This document shows, piece after piece, positions 40,551 to 52,600 of a DNA stretch of 64,000 nucleotides. Where the stretch lies: the NCBI GenBank assembly GCA_000092065.1, contig CP000586.1; one strand, 5' to 3'. Within the stretch, counting starts at the first letter, position 1. Each line of letters begins with the position of its first letter. This DNA comes from Ostreococcus lucimarinus. Taxonomy: Eukaryota. The notes under the pieces were generated by a model. It saw only the letters and a list, made by a program, of their open reading frames with translations. It ran no database searches and was not told where the DNA came from. Position numbers and translations under genes: made by a program.

Positions 40551-41708
40551 CTAGCGTTTGGACGGGTTGATGACGCGACGAATGGTGAGGAATTGCAACG
40601 CGTCGACGTAAGCTTGCGAGTTGTGATCACCGATCGTTTGCCACGCCGTGAGCGGCGACTGTGTGATGTCGTCTAAATTCATCCGAAGCTTCGTCAAGAC
40701 GTCGTCGCCGCCGTACCGACTCAACGTCGGTTTTCCTTGCTCGCCGTCGGCGTACTCGAGCCAATACAAATCGCCGATGGATTCGTACAAGAATCTATTC
40801 TTTGTGAACATCCCTTCCCCGAACGTCTCGCGGCGCCAATCGAGTAAACCGCCTATAAAATCGGTTTTCGTCGCCGCGACGAACACGGGATCGGCAGAGA
40901 GCCACATCCTTGGAATGACGTCTTTCGCCAACACGTACTGCTTCACCAAGGACGCGCCGCGCGTGAATCCGACGAGCCGCAAAATCTCATCCATGCCAAC
41001 CTCTGGCTCGTCGTCGATCGACGAACCGGGACCGTTTCCGGCCAATCGATCGTACGCCAACACCGGCGGCGCACCGAACGTGTACACCCCTCCCACTCTC
41101 GCCTCTTCCAATCCCAACTCTCTCGCCCTCGCGGCGACGACGAGTCCCATCGACCCGCCGAGCGAGTGCCCGGTGAAATAATACGTCCCATCGAACGTCT
41201 CATCGCTCAACCAGGGCACCAGGTCCCTCCAAAACTCCTCCACCATCTCGTACACCCCTTGATGACACACCACCGGCGTTTTTCGATCCTTTCGCAACGC
41301 TTGCGGCCATATCTTCGCGATTTGCCACGACAACTTATTCCTATCCGTATCCGGCTGGCTCCACGCCGCGCCCCTGACGACGATGAATCGCGCGTTCCTT
41401 TCGACGTCGTCGCAAACGCACCAACCGGTCGCTCCGGTGACGCCTCTCGCCTTGGTCTGTAAACCGTCGTCCGCCATCCACGACTCGACGCCGCCGCCCT
41501 TGTACACGAAGTTCGCCATGCGCGCGCACTTCGTCGCGAGCACGCAGTCGTCCTCCTCGTCCTTCGCCGCCGCCGCCGACGACGACGCGTCCGACGACGA
41601 CGTCGCGCGCGTCGACGCCGTCTTCATCTTCATCTTCATCTTCATCTTCGTCTTCATCCTCGTCGTCGTCGCCGTCGCCGTCGCGCCGCGATTCGCGCGC
41701 GTCGTCAT
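40551..41708 (-). CDS. class-3 (fungal-type) lipase / alpha-beta hydrolase
   Basis: The nucleophile motif is GHSLGGSMG, within …[20 protein letters not shown]…[11 protein letters not shown]…. The 521-aa ORF runs into the divergent Naa10 gene, so I placed the start at the in-frame ATG at 41706-41708 (MTTRANRG…[12 protein letters not shown]…). Later ATGs exist inside the (ATGAAG)n repeat. TGA is at 40551-40553. Confidence 0.75.
   Translation of the reverse strand: MTTRANRGATATATTTRMKTKMKMKMKMKTASTRATSSSDASSSAAAAKDEEDDCVLATKCARMANFVYKGGGVESWMADDGLQTKARGVTGATGWCVCDDVERNARFIVVRGAAWSQPDTDRNKLSWQIAKIWPQALRKDRKTPVVCHQGVYEMVEEFWRDLVPWLSDETFDGTYYFTGHSLGGSMGLVVAARARELGLEEARVGGVYTFGAPPVLAYDRLAGNGPGSSIDDEPEVGMDEILRLVGFTRGASLVKQYVLAKDVIPRMWLSADPVFVAATKTDFIGGLLDWRRETFGEGMFTKNRFLYESIGDLYWLEYADGEQGKPTLSRYGGDDVLTKLRMNLDDITQSPLTAWQTIGDHNSQAYVDALQFLTIRRVINPSKR
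41621..41659. repeat. (CTTCAT)n hexanucleotide repeat, = (ATGAAG)n on the coding minus strand
   Basis: tcttcatcttcatcttcatcttcatcttcgtcttcatcc encodes (MK)n in the lipase N-terminus. Confidence 0.8.
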
Positions 41709-41870
41709 ATCGCGCGTCGCGGACGTCCGTCTCGCGTCTCGCGCGCGTCGCGTCTCGCGTCTCGCGTCTCGCGTCGCGGAGTGCGGCGCGCCGGCGTCAC
41801 ATCGCGTCACATCGCGTCGCATCGCGTCGTCCCGGTCGCCCCGCCTCCGCAGACCGCGACGCGAGACGCG
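41709..41870. promoter_or_regulatory. putative bidirectional promoter between the class-3 lipase (-) and Naa10 (+)
   Basis: About 162 bp separate the divergent ATGs. The region contains direct repeats of CGCGTCTCGCGT. Confidence 0.35.
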
Positions 41871-42449
41871 ATGGGCGTGTGCGTGCGCGCGGCGACGATC
41901 GATGACCTGCACGCGATGCAGCGATGCAACCTGCTGTGCCTGCCCGAAAACTATCAGCTCAAGTACTACCTGTACCACGCCCTGGCGTGGCCGGCGCTGC
42001 TGCAAGTCGCCGACTGCGACGGCGCGATCGTCGGGTACGTCCTGGCGAAGCTGGACGAGGAGTGCGCGGATGAGATACGAGGACACATCACGTCGCTGAG
42101 CGTGCTGCGGACGCATCGGAAATTAGGATTGGCGGCGACGCTCATGCGCGCGGCGCACGCGGCGCTGGAGGAGGTGTACGACGCCAAGGACGTGAGTCTG
42201 CACGTGCGGGTGAGCAACGAGGCGGCGCTGCATCTGTATCGGGACGTGCTGCGATACGAGCGCGTGGGAGTGGAGGAGAAGTACTACGCGGACGGCGAGG
42301 ACGCGTATAACATGCGAAAGACGTTTCGGGAGGGCGAGGCGAGGGCGAAGGTGGACGGCGACGGCGACGTCGAGACGCTGCGAACGCGCGTCGAGCGCAT
42401 GGGCGCGGGCGCGGGACAGAAATCGAAGAAGAAGGGAACGAAACGATAG
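41871..42449 (+). CDS. NAA10: N-alpha-acetyltransferase 10, NatA catalytic subunit (Naa10/ARD1)
   Basis: [47 protein letters not shown]…[22 protein letters not shown]…[19 protein letters not shown]…[14 protein letters not shown] is near-colinear with human NAA10. ATG is at 41871 and TAG at 42447-42449. The ORF listed from 41781 uses an alternative start. Confidence 0.9.
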   Translation: MGVCVRAATIDDLHAMQRCNLLCLPENYQLKYYLYHALAWPALLQVADCDGAIVGYVLAKLDEECADEIRGHITSLSVLRTHRKLGLAATLMRAAHAALEEVYDAKDVSLHVRVSNEAALHLYRDVLRYERVGVEEKYYADGEDAYNMRKTFREGEARAKVDGDGDVETLRTRVERMGAGAGQKSKKKGTKR

Positions 42450-42598
42450 TTCGCGAGATTGGCGTTGTAACCGCGATCGAACGTCCAGCGCGCGCGCGTT
42501 TTCGGTGACTCGCGCGCGTTCGCGGCGGCTCGCCTCGCGCGCTCGCCGCACTTCTCAGCGCGCTCGCGAGTCGCGTCGTCGAGAATCGCGCGCGCGTC

Positions 42599-44887
42599 AT
42601 GTCTAGCGCGGCTTTCGAAGAGGTCGGGCTGTGCCCGGAGCTCATCGTCGCCGCCGATCGCGCGGGGTACGCGCTACCGACGCCCATTCAAAGCGAAGCC
42701 ATTCCTCTGGCCCTGACCGGTGGGGACGTTCTCGCGAGCGCGGAAACCGGGAGCGGGAAGACGTTCGCGTTCGGTGCGCCGACGCTGCAGCTCGTGCACG
42801 AAGCGATCGATCGCGAGCGCGCGGATGCGCGCAGGAAAACGACGGAAAAGGCGCGAGACGTGGAAATTTTGGCCAACTCGGCGCGACGGCGCGGTTTGAG
42901 CGCGAACGCTCGAAGCGCGACGTGCGCGGTGGATTACGATGCGAACGTCGTGCAGAGCCGAGCGACGCAGAGTTGGGGGGGCGTGCGGGGAAGATTCGGC
43001 GCGGACCCGCGAACGGGGGCGGAACGCGCTTTAAAGGTGTGCTTTGAAGTCGAGGCGCGCGACGAAGGGTTGGCGCGATGCGGGTACTCGAGTCGGTTCG
43101 GCGCGCTGGACGGTCTCGGCGCGGACGCGCACTCGTACGGGTACGGGGGGACGGGGAAGAAATCGCACAACAAATCGTTTGAGGATTACGGGGAGAAGTT
43201 TGGTAAGGGCGATTGCGTGGGATGCTTGCTAGATTTAGAAAACGGCGTCGTGACGTTTACGAAAAACGGCAAAGCGCTCGGCGAGGCGTTTCGATTGAGC
43301 GAACAGAGCGCGAAATGCGACGGGTTGTTCCCGGCGGTGTGCGTGAAAAACGCGGAGTGCGTCGTGCGCTTGGTGGAAAGTGAGTTCAAGTACCCGATGC
43401 CCGAAGGATACGTCGCGTTCGGATCGCTGCGAGGCTGCGACGCCGTGGACGGCGACGACGCCTCCGCCGGGGACACGCTCGAAGCGGGCGCGCGTAAGCC
43501 GCGCGCGCTGATTCTCGAACCCGCGCGCGATTTAGCCGAACAAACGCACGAGTTTTTCGTGAACTTTGCGTCGGAGTTTCGCGATCCCACGCTCGTGCCC
43601 GGGTTGTTCATCGGCGGCGTGAAGGAGGGACCGCAGCATCAGCAATTGCGCGACGGCGTGGACATCGTCACCGGAACGCCGATTCGCATCCTGGAGCTCG
43701 CCATGAACGGTAAGCTCGATCTCAGCGCGTGTCGTATCTTCGTCTTGGACGAGGCCGACCGCTTGCTCGACACCGGCAATCAGGCGCCGATTTTGAAGCT
43801 CTTCGAGCGCATGCCCAAGCACGCCGAGTCCTCGGCGCAGCGATTACAGGTGATGCTCTTTTCCGCCACGTTGCACTCGCCCGAGATTCGCAAACTCGCC
43901 GATTTTCTCACCGTCAACGCCACGTGGGTAGATTTGAAAGGTAAGGAGGCGGTGCCCGAGACGGTGCATCACGCCCTGGTGCTCGTGGACCCAGCAACAG
44001 AGGACGTCGAATCGCTCTCACCCGCGGCGCCGACGGATCGTCTGCACTCGCTCGCGACAAAGCTCGAGGGCGACGACGCCATGAGCGAGTCTATCAAGCG
44101 CTTGAAACCGCACATCGTGCGTAGAATCATAGATGCGCACGATATGGATCAGTGCTTGATCTTTTGTCGAACGAATTTCGATTGCGACAACTTGGAAAAG
44201 TTTCTCAACGAATGCGGCGGAGGGAAGAGATTCCGGGGGCCGTTGGTCGGCGGCGTCGAAGGAAAGTATTCGTGCTGTGTCCTCGGAGGTTCGCGCCACA
44301 TGGATGAGCGGCGTCGAAACTTACAAGCGTTTAAAAATGGTGACGTGAGATTTCTGATATGCACCGATGTCGCCGCTCGAGGGCTCGACATTAAGAACCT
44401 GCCCTACGTCATCAACCTGACGTTGCCGGATCGCAGCGAGGACTACATCCATCGCATCGGCAGAGTAGGTCGGGCGGACACGATGGGTCTGGCGATTTCC
44501 ATTGTCGCCTCAAGGAACGAGCGAGTGTGGTATTGCACGAAGAAAGGCTACAAGCCGTGGTTTGAGCCGAAACCTGAAGACGTCAAGCTCACGTCTGACG
44601 GCGGACACACGATTTGGTACGACGAACCCAAACTTTTGAAGGACATCGAAAAGCGTATCGGTGCGACCGTGACGCCACTAGGGCCGAATTACGCGCTACC
44701 GGAAGCATTTGGGATGCACGGTGGCAAAGACGCGTACGGAAAGGCTCGCGATGAGAAACCAAACGAAGAGTTGAACGCGCACTTGGAGGCGTACGCGCCG
44801 AACGTTCGCGCGTTGGCGGTTTTGGAGACGAAAGTGCAGAGCTCGTTCTGGGATCTCAAGCGCAAGTTCGCGACGCACGTAGAATAG
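42599..44887 (+). CDS. DDX1: ATP-dependent RNA helicase DDX1 (DEAD-box with inserted SPRY domain)
   Basis: Motif I region is LASAETGSGKTFAFGAP. The SPRY insert between motifs I and Ia reads …GYSSRFGALDGLGADAHSYGYGGTGKKSHNKSFEDYGEKFGKGDCVGCLLDLENGVVTFTKNGKALGEAF…. LDEADRLL (DEAD) and HRIGRVGRA are present. The protein is 762 aa with ATG at 42599 and TAG at 44885-44887. Confidence 0.9.
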   Translation: MSSAAFEEVGLCPELIVAADRAGYALPTPIQSEAIPLALTGGDVLASAETGSGKTFAFGAPTLQLVHEAIDRERADARRKTTEKARDVEILANSARRRGLSANARSATCAVDYDANVVQSRATQSWGGVRGRFGADPRTGAERALKVCFEVEARDEGLARCGYSSRFGALDGLGADAHSYGYGGTGKKSHNKSFEDYGEKFGKGDCVGCLLDLENGVVTFTKNGKALGEAFRLSEQSAKCDGLFPAVCVKNAECVVRLVESEFKYPMPEGYVAFGSLRGCDAVDGDDASAGDTLEAGARKPRALILEPARDLAEQTHEFFVNFASEFRDPTLVPGLFIGGVKEGPQHQQLRDGVDIVTGTPIRILELAMNGKLDLSACRIFVLDEADRLLDTGNQAPILKLFERMPKHAESSAQRLQVMLFSATLHSPEIRKLADFLTVNATWVDLKGKEAVPETVHHALVLVDPATEDVESLSPAAPTDRLHSLATKLEGDDAMSESIKRLKPHIVRRIIDAHDMDQCLIFCRTNFDCDNLEKFLNECGGGKRFRGPLVGGVEGKYSCCVLGGSRHMDERRRNLQAFKNGDVRFLICTDVAARGLDIKNLPYVINLTLPDRSEDYIHRIGRVGRADTMGLAISIVASRNERVWYCTKKGYKPWFEPKPEDVKLTSDGGHTIWYDEPKLLKDIEKRIGATVTPLGPNYALPEAFGMHGGKDAYGKARDEKPNEELNAHLEAYAPNVRALAVLETKVQSSFWDLKRKFATHVE

Positions 44888-45018
44888 ATGTATCGTCTGT
44901 GTTTTCAGAATCCTTCACGCGCGCGTTCAGCGCGTAGATGTAGATGTAGAATTGTTATAGCAAAATTGTCCTCGAGAGACGAGGCAGAACTAATGAAACT
45001 CGTTGCATGAGCTCAGGT

Positions 45019-46272
45019 CTAATCGATTGACACGGCCGAAGCCATCCCCATACCGCTGCCGATGCACATGCTGACGACACCGGTCTTCGCGCCACGTCGG
45101 TGCATCTCGTGAATCAGTGTCGCGAGACATCTCGCGCCTGTAGCGCCGAGCGGATGGCCTAACGCGATGGCGCCTCCGTTAACGTTGACTTTTTCAGAAT
45201 CGAGCCCTAACTTTTCGACGCAATACGTCGCCTGCGACGCGAAGGCTTCATTTATCTCGTACAGGTCGACGTCATCGACAGTCATGTTCGCCGCACTCAG
45301 CGTCGCGGGAATCGCGATCGCGGGACCGATGCCCATGAGGGCTGGGTCACAGCCGACGGCGGCCCACGAGCGCCAAGTCGCCAAAATCGGCAAGCCGCGC
45401 GCCTCTGCGTACGATCTTCGCGCCAGAACGACGGCGGCGGCACCATCGGAAACTTGCGATGCGTTGCCCGGCGTCGTGCTGCCGCCTTTCTTGAACACAG
45501 CCGGGAGTTTTGCGAGCGATTGAACCGTTGTGCCCTCTCTGATACCGTCGTCCTCCGACACGATGACGTTTGCGCCGCCGCCGGCGCCGGTTTTGGGATC
45601 CGGAGCGGTTTTCGTGTGAATGGGCACGATTTCAGCCTTGAATCTGCCGCTCGCGCGCGCGTTTGCCGCGCGCGCGTGGGATCGCGCCGCCATCGTATCC
45701 TGCGCCTCGCGCGTGATCCCCCACTTCTCCGCCACGTTTTCGCTCGTGATGCCCATGGGAATCAAGCAGTTTTGCGCGTCGCTCGACGACGCGATTCGCG
45801 GATTAATCCCGCCTTCCCACTTCATCGGATTTGCCGTCATCGTCTCCACTCCCGCACCGATTCCCATATCGTAGTACCCAGCCTTGATTCCCGCCGCGAT
45901 GTCCGCGCACGCCTGCAACCCCGACGAGCACTGTCGATTCGTCGTTCGCACCGGCACCTCCTTCGGAAACCCCGCGAGAAACATTCCTATCCTGCACTCG
46001 TTAGCCCTTTGACTCGACGCTCCCAGCACCGATCCGACGACGATGTCCCCGACATCGTTCACATCAATTTTCCCTCGCGCCACGCTCGCTTGCAGCACCG
46101 CGGCGATCAAGTCATCCGCCGGCGTCGCCGCCAATCCGCCTCGCTTCGCTCGCGTGATGGGCGTTCTGCACGCGCTCACGATGACGACGTCATCCGGCGA
46201 TTTGGCGAATCCCTGTGCGTCGATGCGCGTCGTCAGTCGAGCGTCCCGCGGCCGTCGCGCGCATTCATTCAT
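45019..46272 (-). CDS. 3-ketoacyl-CoA thiolase (acetyl-CoA acyltransferase)
   Basis: This is a thiolase fold with active-site Cys in …NRQCSSGLQACADIAAGI… and the C-terminal …NVNGGAIALGHPLGATGARC…. The protein is 417 aa. The ATG at 46270-46272 is the last unit of an (AATG)n repeat. Confidence 0.85.
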   Translation of the reverse strand: MNECARRPRDARLTTRIDAQGFAKSPDDVVIVSACRTPITRAKRGGLAATPADDLIAAVLQASVARGKIDVNDVGDIVVGSVLGASSQRANECRIGMFLAGFPKEVPVRTTNRQCSSGLQACADIAAGIKAGYYDMGIGAGVETMTANPMKWEGGINPRIASSSDAQNCLIPMGITSENVAEKWGITREAQDTMAARSHARAANARASGRFKAEIVPIHTKTAPDPKTGAGGGANVIVSEDDGIREGTTVQSLAKLPAVFKKGGSTTPGNASQVSDGAAAVVLARRSYAEARGLPILATWRSWAAVGCDPALMGIGPAIAIPATLSAANMTVDDVDLYEINEAFASQATYCVEKLGLDSEKVNVNGGAIALGHPLGATGARCLATLIHEMHRRGAKTGVVSMCIGSGMGMASAVSID

Positions 46273-46289
46273 TCATTCATTCATTCATT
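46262..46289. repeat. (CATT)7 tetranucleotide microsatellite, = (AATG)7 on the minus strand
   Basis: cattcattcattcattcattcattcatt. The 5'-most unit on the plus strand provides the thiolase ATG (minus strand). Confidence 0.9.
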
Positions 46290-46628
46290 CACGCGTTCGC
46301 CGCCGTAACGACTTTTCGCGACATCTTTCGCGACGACGCGACGACGCGACGCACCGATGCGGCGCCGCGATACGACCCGAACGAGTTCGTCGCGGACGCG
46401 TTCGCGCCGACGTGGGCGGCGATGGATTTCACGCGACGGTTCGCGGCATCGACGCTCATGATCAGGATGACGAAATTTCGATCGCGCGAGGGCGAGAGTG
46501 CCGACGGGACGGGTCGGACGCGCGGGGACGACGACGACGACGACGACGCGCGAACCCGGCGCGTTCGAACGTGGCGCGTGAAATACCGATGGTGTGATTA
46601 TTTAAACACGAGTGAGATCGACGTCGGA

Positions 46629-49600
46629 TCACGCGTCGATGTTTAAGACGCACGCGACGCCGCGTAAGATCCACGCGCTCGCGTGCTCGCTCGAGGCCAA
46701 GTCGGCTTGGAAGACGAGACCGCGACCCATGGCGTCGCGACGACTTTGAGTGAAGTACACGGGCGCTTTGAAAGCGTTCGTTGTCGATGAGGAGGAGGAA
46801 GAAGAGGGCATCGTGGTGCGTTCTATCGGGACGAGACGCAGGATGGGGAGCTCGCGCGCCAAGCCGCGGTCGCTTGGATGCGCCAGGACGCGGCGTTCGG
46901 CGTCCCAAATCGCGCCTTCGAGAAATAAACCCGAGATGTAACAGCCTATCTCGGGTTTGGCGTCGATTTCATCCGCGGAAACGTACGGGGTGACTTCCGT
47001 ATACATCGTGCTCGCGTCTAAAGGCCAACCACGAGAGCGACACGCGGTTTGAATGAGTGCCGCGATGTACGTTTCCGGGCAGTGTAAACCGCTGAGCCAG
47101 ATGACTTTTGGTTCGCCGTCGACGGCCCACGACTTGTACTGCTTCTCCCGCGTCTTGTACCACGTCATCCAAGATTGTACGTCTTTGTCTGTCGGTGGCG
47201 CGACACTTTTCCACTCCTCCGGTAAGCGCCCGCGCGAGAGTGAATCCGCGACGGCGTCGAGTTCTCGCGACATGCCGATTTCCCCACTCAGCGCCTTGAC
47301 GAGCTCTCGCAACGAGTGTCGAAGCACCAGCTTTAACGCGTTGTGACGCTCAATCTCCTGGAAGAGTACCACGGTCGTCGGCGATGGAACTTCATCTCCG
47401 CGCTGACGCTGGAGTTTTATCAAGTCAAACTCGAAATCTTCGTTCGTGACGACGTTTAAGATTTCGTTGACGATGGCGAGCAAGGCGCCGTTTCCATCGC
47501 TCGAGCCAGCGCTCTCGTCGTTCGACGAAGCCGAAATGGAGAGTTTACTCTGGAGCGATAAGACGTTAGACCATAACGCTTTCGCTGCTCGTGTAGAGTG
47601 TGCGACGTCTGCGTTGGCGTGAAGCCCGAGTACTTCAGGTGTCTGCGCGTCTGGAAGTTCATCGATGACGCGCGATTGCTCGTCGTACGAAGATTCCGGC
47701 GGCGGCAACTCATAACGAACTCGAGCTTCTTCGTCGGCGTAAAACATGAACTTGTGAAAGCCATCAAATAAGAAATCGCCAAAGTACTCGTCCAGATACG
47801 CGCTCAAGATACGTCGATCGTAATGATCGCTCACGCGTCCACCGTACATGGCCTCACCTATGAGATATTTCAACGCCGCCCACGGAATCATTCTCGAGCC
47901 GCCGCCGCCGGTGTTCACGGCGGCAACTTTGTTACAATAAGTCTTGATCAAACTGAACGAAATTCGAAAATCGGTTTCGTTGAAATCATACGCAACGTTC
48001 CATCCGAGCTTACCGTACTTTCGTCGCTCTTGCACGGCAGCGTGGAAGAAGGCCAGCACGTACGCTAAAGATCTAAAGAAAGGGTTCGCGCAACTCCCCA
48101 AGACGTCTTCGGACAATCTCGCGTACGACGCCTTCATGTTCATCTTGAGCCCGTCGGGGGGTTCTGTGACAACTTTGAGACTTTTTTGCAGAATACCGAT
48201 CGGGAACGTTTTGATCGGGTCGGTGGTGAGCCACAAACGGAAGTCTTTGTGCGGGTTCGCCAATCCGTCGACGACTTTTTCGAGCGCCGGCAGCCATTTG
48301 GGGAGAAGATGACAGTTTTGCAACATGAGCCACAAACCTCGCGAGGCGCACGTAAGAATAAGTTCCTCGGCTTTAGGTCCCATGCCTTGCCCAAGGGCCA
48401 TGAACTTCAGTTTGCCTCCTGCCTTGAATCCCATCGTTTCTCCCAACGCAAAAATATCAAACGCCGGATCTGCGCCAGGGGAGAGAATGAACACCACAGG
48501 TGTCTGCGCGGAAGACAATTTAAATATGCTTTCGTAGTCTGAAATCGGAGGCGTTACGTATCTTGAACCCATGGTTTCAGTGATGTAGTTCGACACCGCC
48601 ACCGTGACTCGATCTAATCGAGCGCAACGCAACAAGCATAGGCGCTCAAAACTGGACAGCGACGCCGAGTAACCATCTGGAAGCGCTACGGATTCGGGTT
48701 GTTCGCAGTCGTACCATGCGCGCCACGCATCGGCGTTGGACGTGATTCGATCGACGATTCCGTTTAGTGTTGCGCACTTGTCGTCATTAGCCGCGATGTG
48801 CTCGTCTAAATGCATTAAATCTTGCCAACCACGTTCGGACCACCATGGAAGCGGTTGCGAATCCCCGGAGGCGGCGTCAAGCGTGACGTTGCCCTTGAGG
48901 AAGAATCGTAGGAGGTTGCCATTCAATCGTCCATCACCGTCTTCGATTCTCGTAGTCATTTGAAACGAAAGCGCGAGTTTATCGCGCTTGAACAAACCGA
49001 GACATGCAAATTTGTACACGTCGTACGTCAACCTATCCACAAGATCACTCAAGCGCTCGTCCAGTTGATCGCGCACGGGCGTGACATGAAGCGTGTTGCA
49101 GAACACATCCAAAAAGCTCGAAAGTGAGTACTCGTACATCGCGTTGAGATTAGAGAGCGCTGAAATGACGAAGAAGAGTATCGCGCCGCGCTTTGCTACG
49201 GGAGAGTAGCACGACTGTGCCTTGTTTAACTCTTTCGCCGAACGCGCCGCCGCCACGAGCTTTTCAGAAATCTCTGTAGACTTTGTCTTCGCGCTCTCGA
49301 GTGTTTCGATGAGCTCCACGTTATCAACGATTTCACCCTGTGCGGTGGACAACTCATAAAGCAACGTGTCTTCGAGTTTCTTCAACAGTGCTCGATTCGC
49401 GACGGTTTCCTTGACGAGTTTTTCTCGCTCTGTTTCAAGATCTGGGCGCTCTTGCTTCACCGTGACATTCAAAAGTTGCTCTTGGAGCCCGAGCTCAGTG
49501 ACAGAGTAGTTGATTATAATCGTTTTACCCGTCACATCTGGATCGTAATGGGGATTTGGAAGTTTCGTCGTCATGTACAGGCGGAAGTTGTCGTCCCACT

Positions 49601-52600
49601 CAACTTCAGAATCGCCAAGCTTGATCATCTTCGCTCCGTTTGGAGCGTAGTAGAAACTCTTCTTCAGCACCGGGTCCAAAACGGGATCAATGTACTCGCC
49701 CACGTTTTCTATCAAGAATGGTAAACCATATTCAATGGCGAGCTCGAGTTGTTTCAAAAAGTCTGCGTCGGTCTGACGTTTAATCTTACCTTCGAGCTGC
49801 GCGCCCTCGCGAGATTTGATCCACTTTACCGCTTGCATCTGCGGATCGATACACAGCGGGAATCGCTCGGCGCGCATGGTGAGTATACCGTTTTGTACGC
49901 TAAGCTCATCACCTGGCAACCCTTCGGCGAGCCAAGAATTCATTTCGTTGTCATCTGTGAGTAACGCTTGGAGTCTGAATGGTTGACTCAACGGTATGCC
50001 GAGCTCCAGCAAATTCTTCTCAAGATGATCGTGAACGAATTGTTTACGAAACTCGTACGTAAACGTTCCAGCGTACGACAAGAACGCGGAAGTGATCAAA
50101 CAATCGCCAACAAGTCGCTCTTTACGGGAATTCAGTTCTTGCATCTCATTCGTCCATCTGACCTTTTCGCTCGACAGTCCCGAGATGAGTCGTTCGGCGG
50201 CGGCGAGACGGTTCGCCATTAGCTCGGCACTTTCCTTCAAGTCTTGCTGACGCGCGCTCTTCTCTTCGAACTGCGTGCTGAGTTGCTTTAGCTCGATCTG
50301 TAAGCTCTTTAACTCAGACTTCGTTTCAACCAATTCGCGTTCTTTAATCTTCAACGTCTTCTCCGCGTTTGCGACGGCGGCGCGCTTTGGATTCACCATG
50401 CGAGCAACTTTGTTGTAATTAATCATAGCAAACACCCATTTCAGCAGACCGGCACCAGCAGTCGAAATCTTCATCACTTCATCGGGCTTGAATTTTGAGT
50501 CTTTTGTGTACTCGCGAATGGCTTTCATCTGTTTTTCTTTGATGCCATCCTTGTCAAACTCGACGAGAGATCTTAAGAAATTTGTATCTGCCATCATGCC
50601 TTTCGCTCCAGACCACGAGACGTTCGGCAGTCCTTTGAGAATCATCACACATTCACATACTCGCTGAACCGCGATGTTTGGCTTAGAAAACGATCGGATT
50701 TCGGTAATCTCGTCCTTTTTCAGATTATTCAACGCCGCGGCGGCTTCTTCGAGAGCAGGGATTGCCGCCTCTAAGTCTGCCTCAGCTTCCGTCTTTTCCT
50801 TCGCGATACGCGCTGAATCATTGATGAGATCTTCTTCTTTACTCGTTGCGTTAGCTGCTTTAGTTTCGACTTCCGCCGTGCGCTTCGTGATGCGATCTAG
50901 TAAAGCATCACACTCCTTCGCTTGCTGCGTGACGACGATTTGCGCGTCGTTGAGCTTCGTCCGCATTGCGTCCACTTCGGTGCTCGCCTGTATTAATTTG
51001 TCGAGACCACCACGCAAACGTTTGATTGAAGTTTCAATTGACGCGCGCTGCGTCTTAAGCATTGCTTCATAGGCGGCGATAAAGTCCAAATAATGCTTCG
51101 GAGTGACGTAGTTGTGTCTCTTCAGCTGTGATTTGAACTTTTCGTTGAGAGCAATCGCCGAGCAGTGCGTGTGCACGACGTGCACGTTAATCTTCTCCGC
51201 GAACTGTTCTGGCAAATCTACGTTTATGAGTAATGAAGTGCTTACTTCGAGCAATGCTTCTTTCGGCCATTCTGTGAACCAGTCGATAACAGTGTTGTTC
51301 ACCAATCCGGGGAAGTTTCTGCAACGGTGACGCAACGTATCGCCGACGGGAGACATGGCGAGGACGATGTGCAAGTTCTTTCGGCAACGCGAAATAAAGT
51401 ATCGCCAACCTTCATCGCGCGTGACAGAAATTTTATTCGCGTGCAAATCGTCACGAATCGCATTCACCAAAGCGTCCTTCTCTTCATCGGCGAACAACGC
51501 GGGAACCGTACCCGTGGTGAGCATGTTGTTGATTAACTCCAAAAATCCTTCCTCAACGACGTGGTTGTCGGTGAAAAGAAACATCGTGGGATGATTTTGC
51601 ACCCCAAGTACGTTGTATAGCTTTTTCAAGTCCTCCCTGAACGACTCATCGTTGTAGCCACGCGTCAGCGTGATCTCAAACACTTCACAACCCGCCATAT
51701 CAGCGGCGAGATGCGCGAGCGATTGTTTGCCGCTTCCGCCGACGCCGACGAGAAGCGCATGTCCATTTTCTGTTCGAAGTACGCGATGAATACGCGTGAT
51801 ATGCTCTAGCGCATGATCAAACAAGACTAGTTTAGTCGGTGCTGAGCCATCGCTGAGTTTGGCGTTACGACGATTGATGAGGTCCTCGAACCAAGGTTTG
51901 ATGGTGGCGTAATCGCCAACGTCAGCGTACGAGCGTAGTCGACTAGAAGGATCGACTTCATCTGACGATCCACTTCCATCGATTTGTTTTAGTGGACTGT
52001 AGTCGGCGAATAAAATCGGGTTGGATGTGATCGGCGAAGTGTCATCAGTACACCCATGGCGAATAAGTGACGATACTTTTCCCAGTACGAAGTCGCGATC
52101 TTTGTCCGCAATCAACCTATCGTGAAACACGCGAATCGATTCGTTTCGCCACAGGCGCAAGAAATCTGGGGTGTTTCGAACTTTTGCTGACGTCGCTTTC
52201 GACATGCCCTCGAACAAGCGACTTAAGTCGCGAAGGTTAAAGATGTAATGAAATCGGCTCGGCGTCGGCAAAAGTTTGGAGACGACGCTCTTATATAAAT
52301 CCAAAGTCATATCTACGACGAGTTCGTGCGTCCCGGGCTTGAGAGCCAGCGTTTTTGACGTATTCGTTATGATTGAACCATAAATTACCTTAAGATTGGT
52401 CTCATCCGGGGTCTGCATTTCGAATACTTGGAACATTGAAACAAAGCGTGGGTCCACAACGCTTCGTGCGCCGCCGGGATGCCCCATGGCTGCGATGTAC
52501 TGAATATCCTTCATCTGCAGCCAATTCAAATCACGTCCGCGGTCGTACGTGCCTCCACGGCCAATCATGAGTTTTAGCAACGCGATTGGTTGTTGCGTAC

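Noticed and set aside
46180-46272. Possible PTS2 peroxisomal targeting signal (RLTTRIDAQ) at the thiolase N-terminus
   Set aside because: The spacing is R-L-x5 but it ends A-Q rather than the consensus (H/Q)-(L/A). It is not a canonical PTS2, so localisation is left unassigned.
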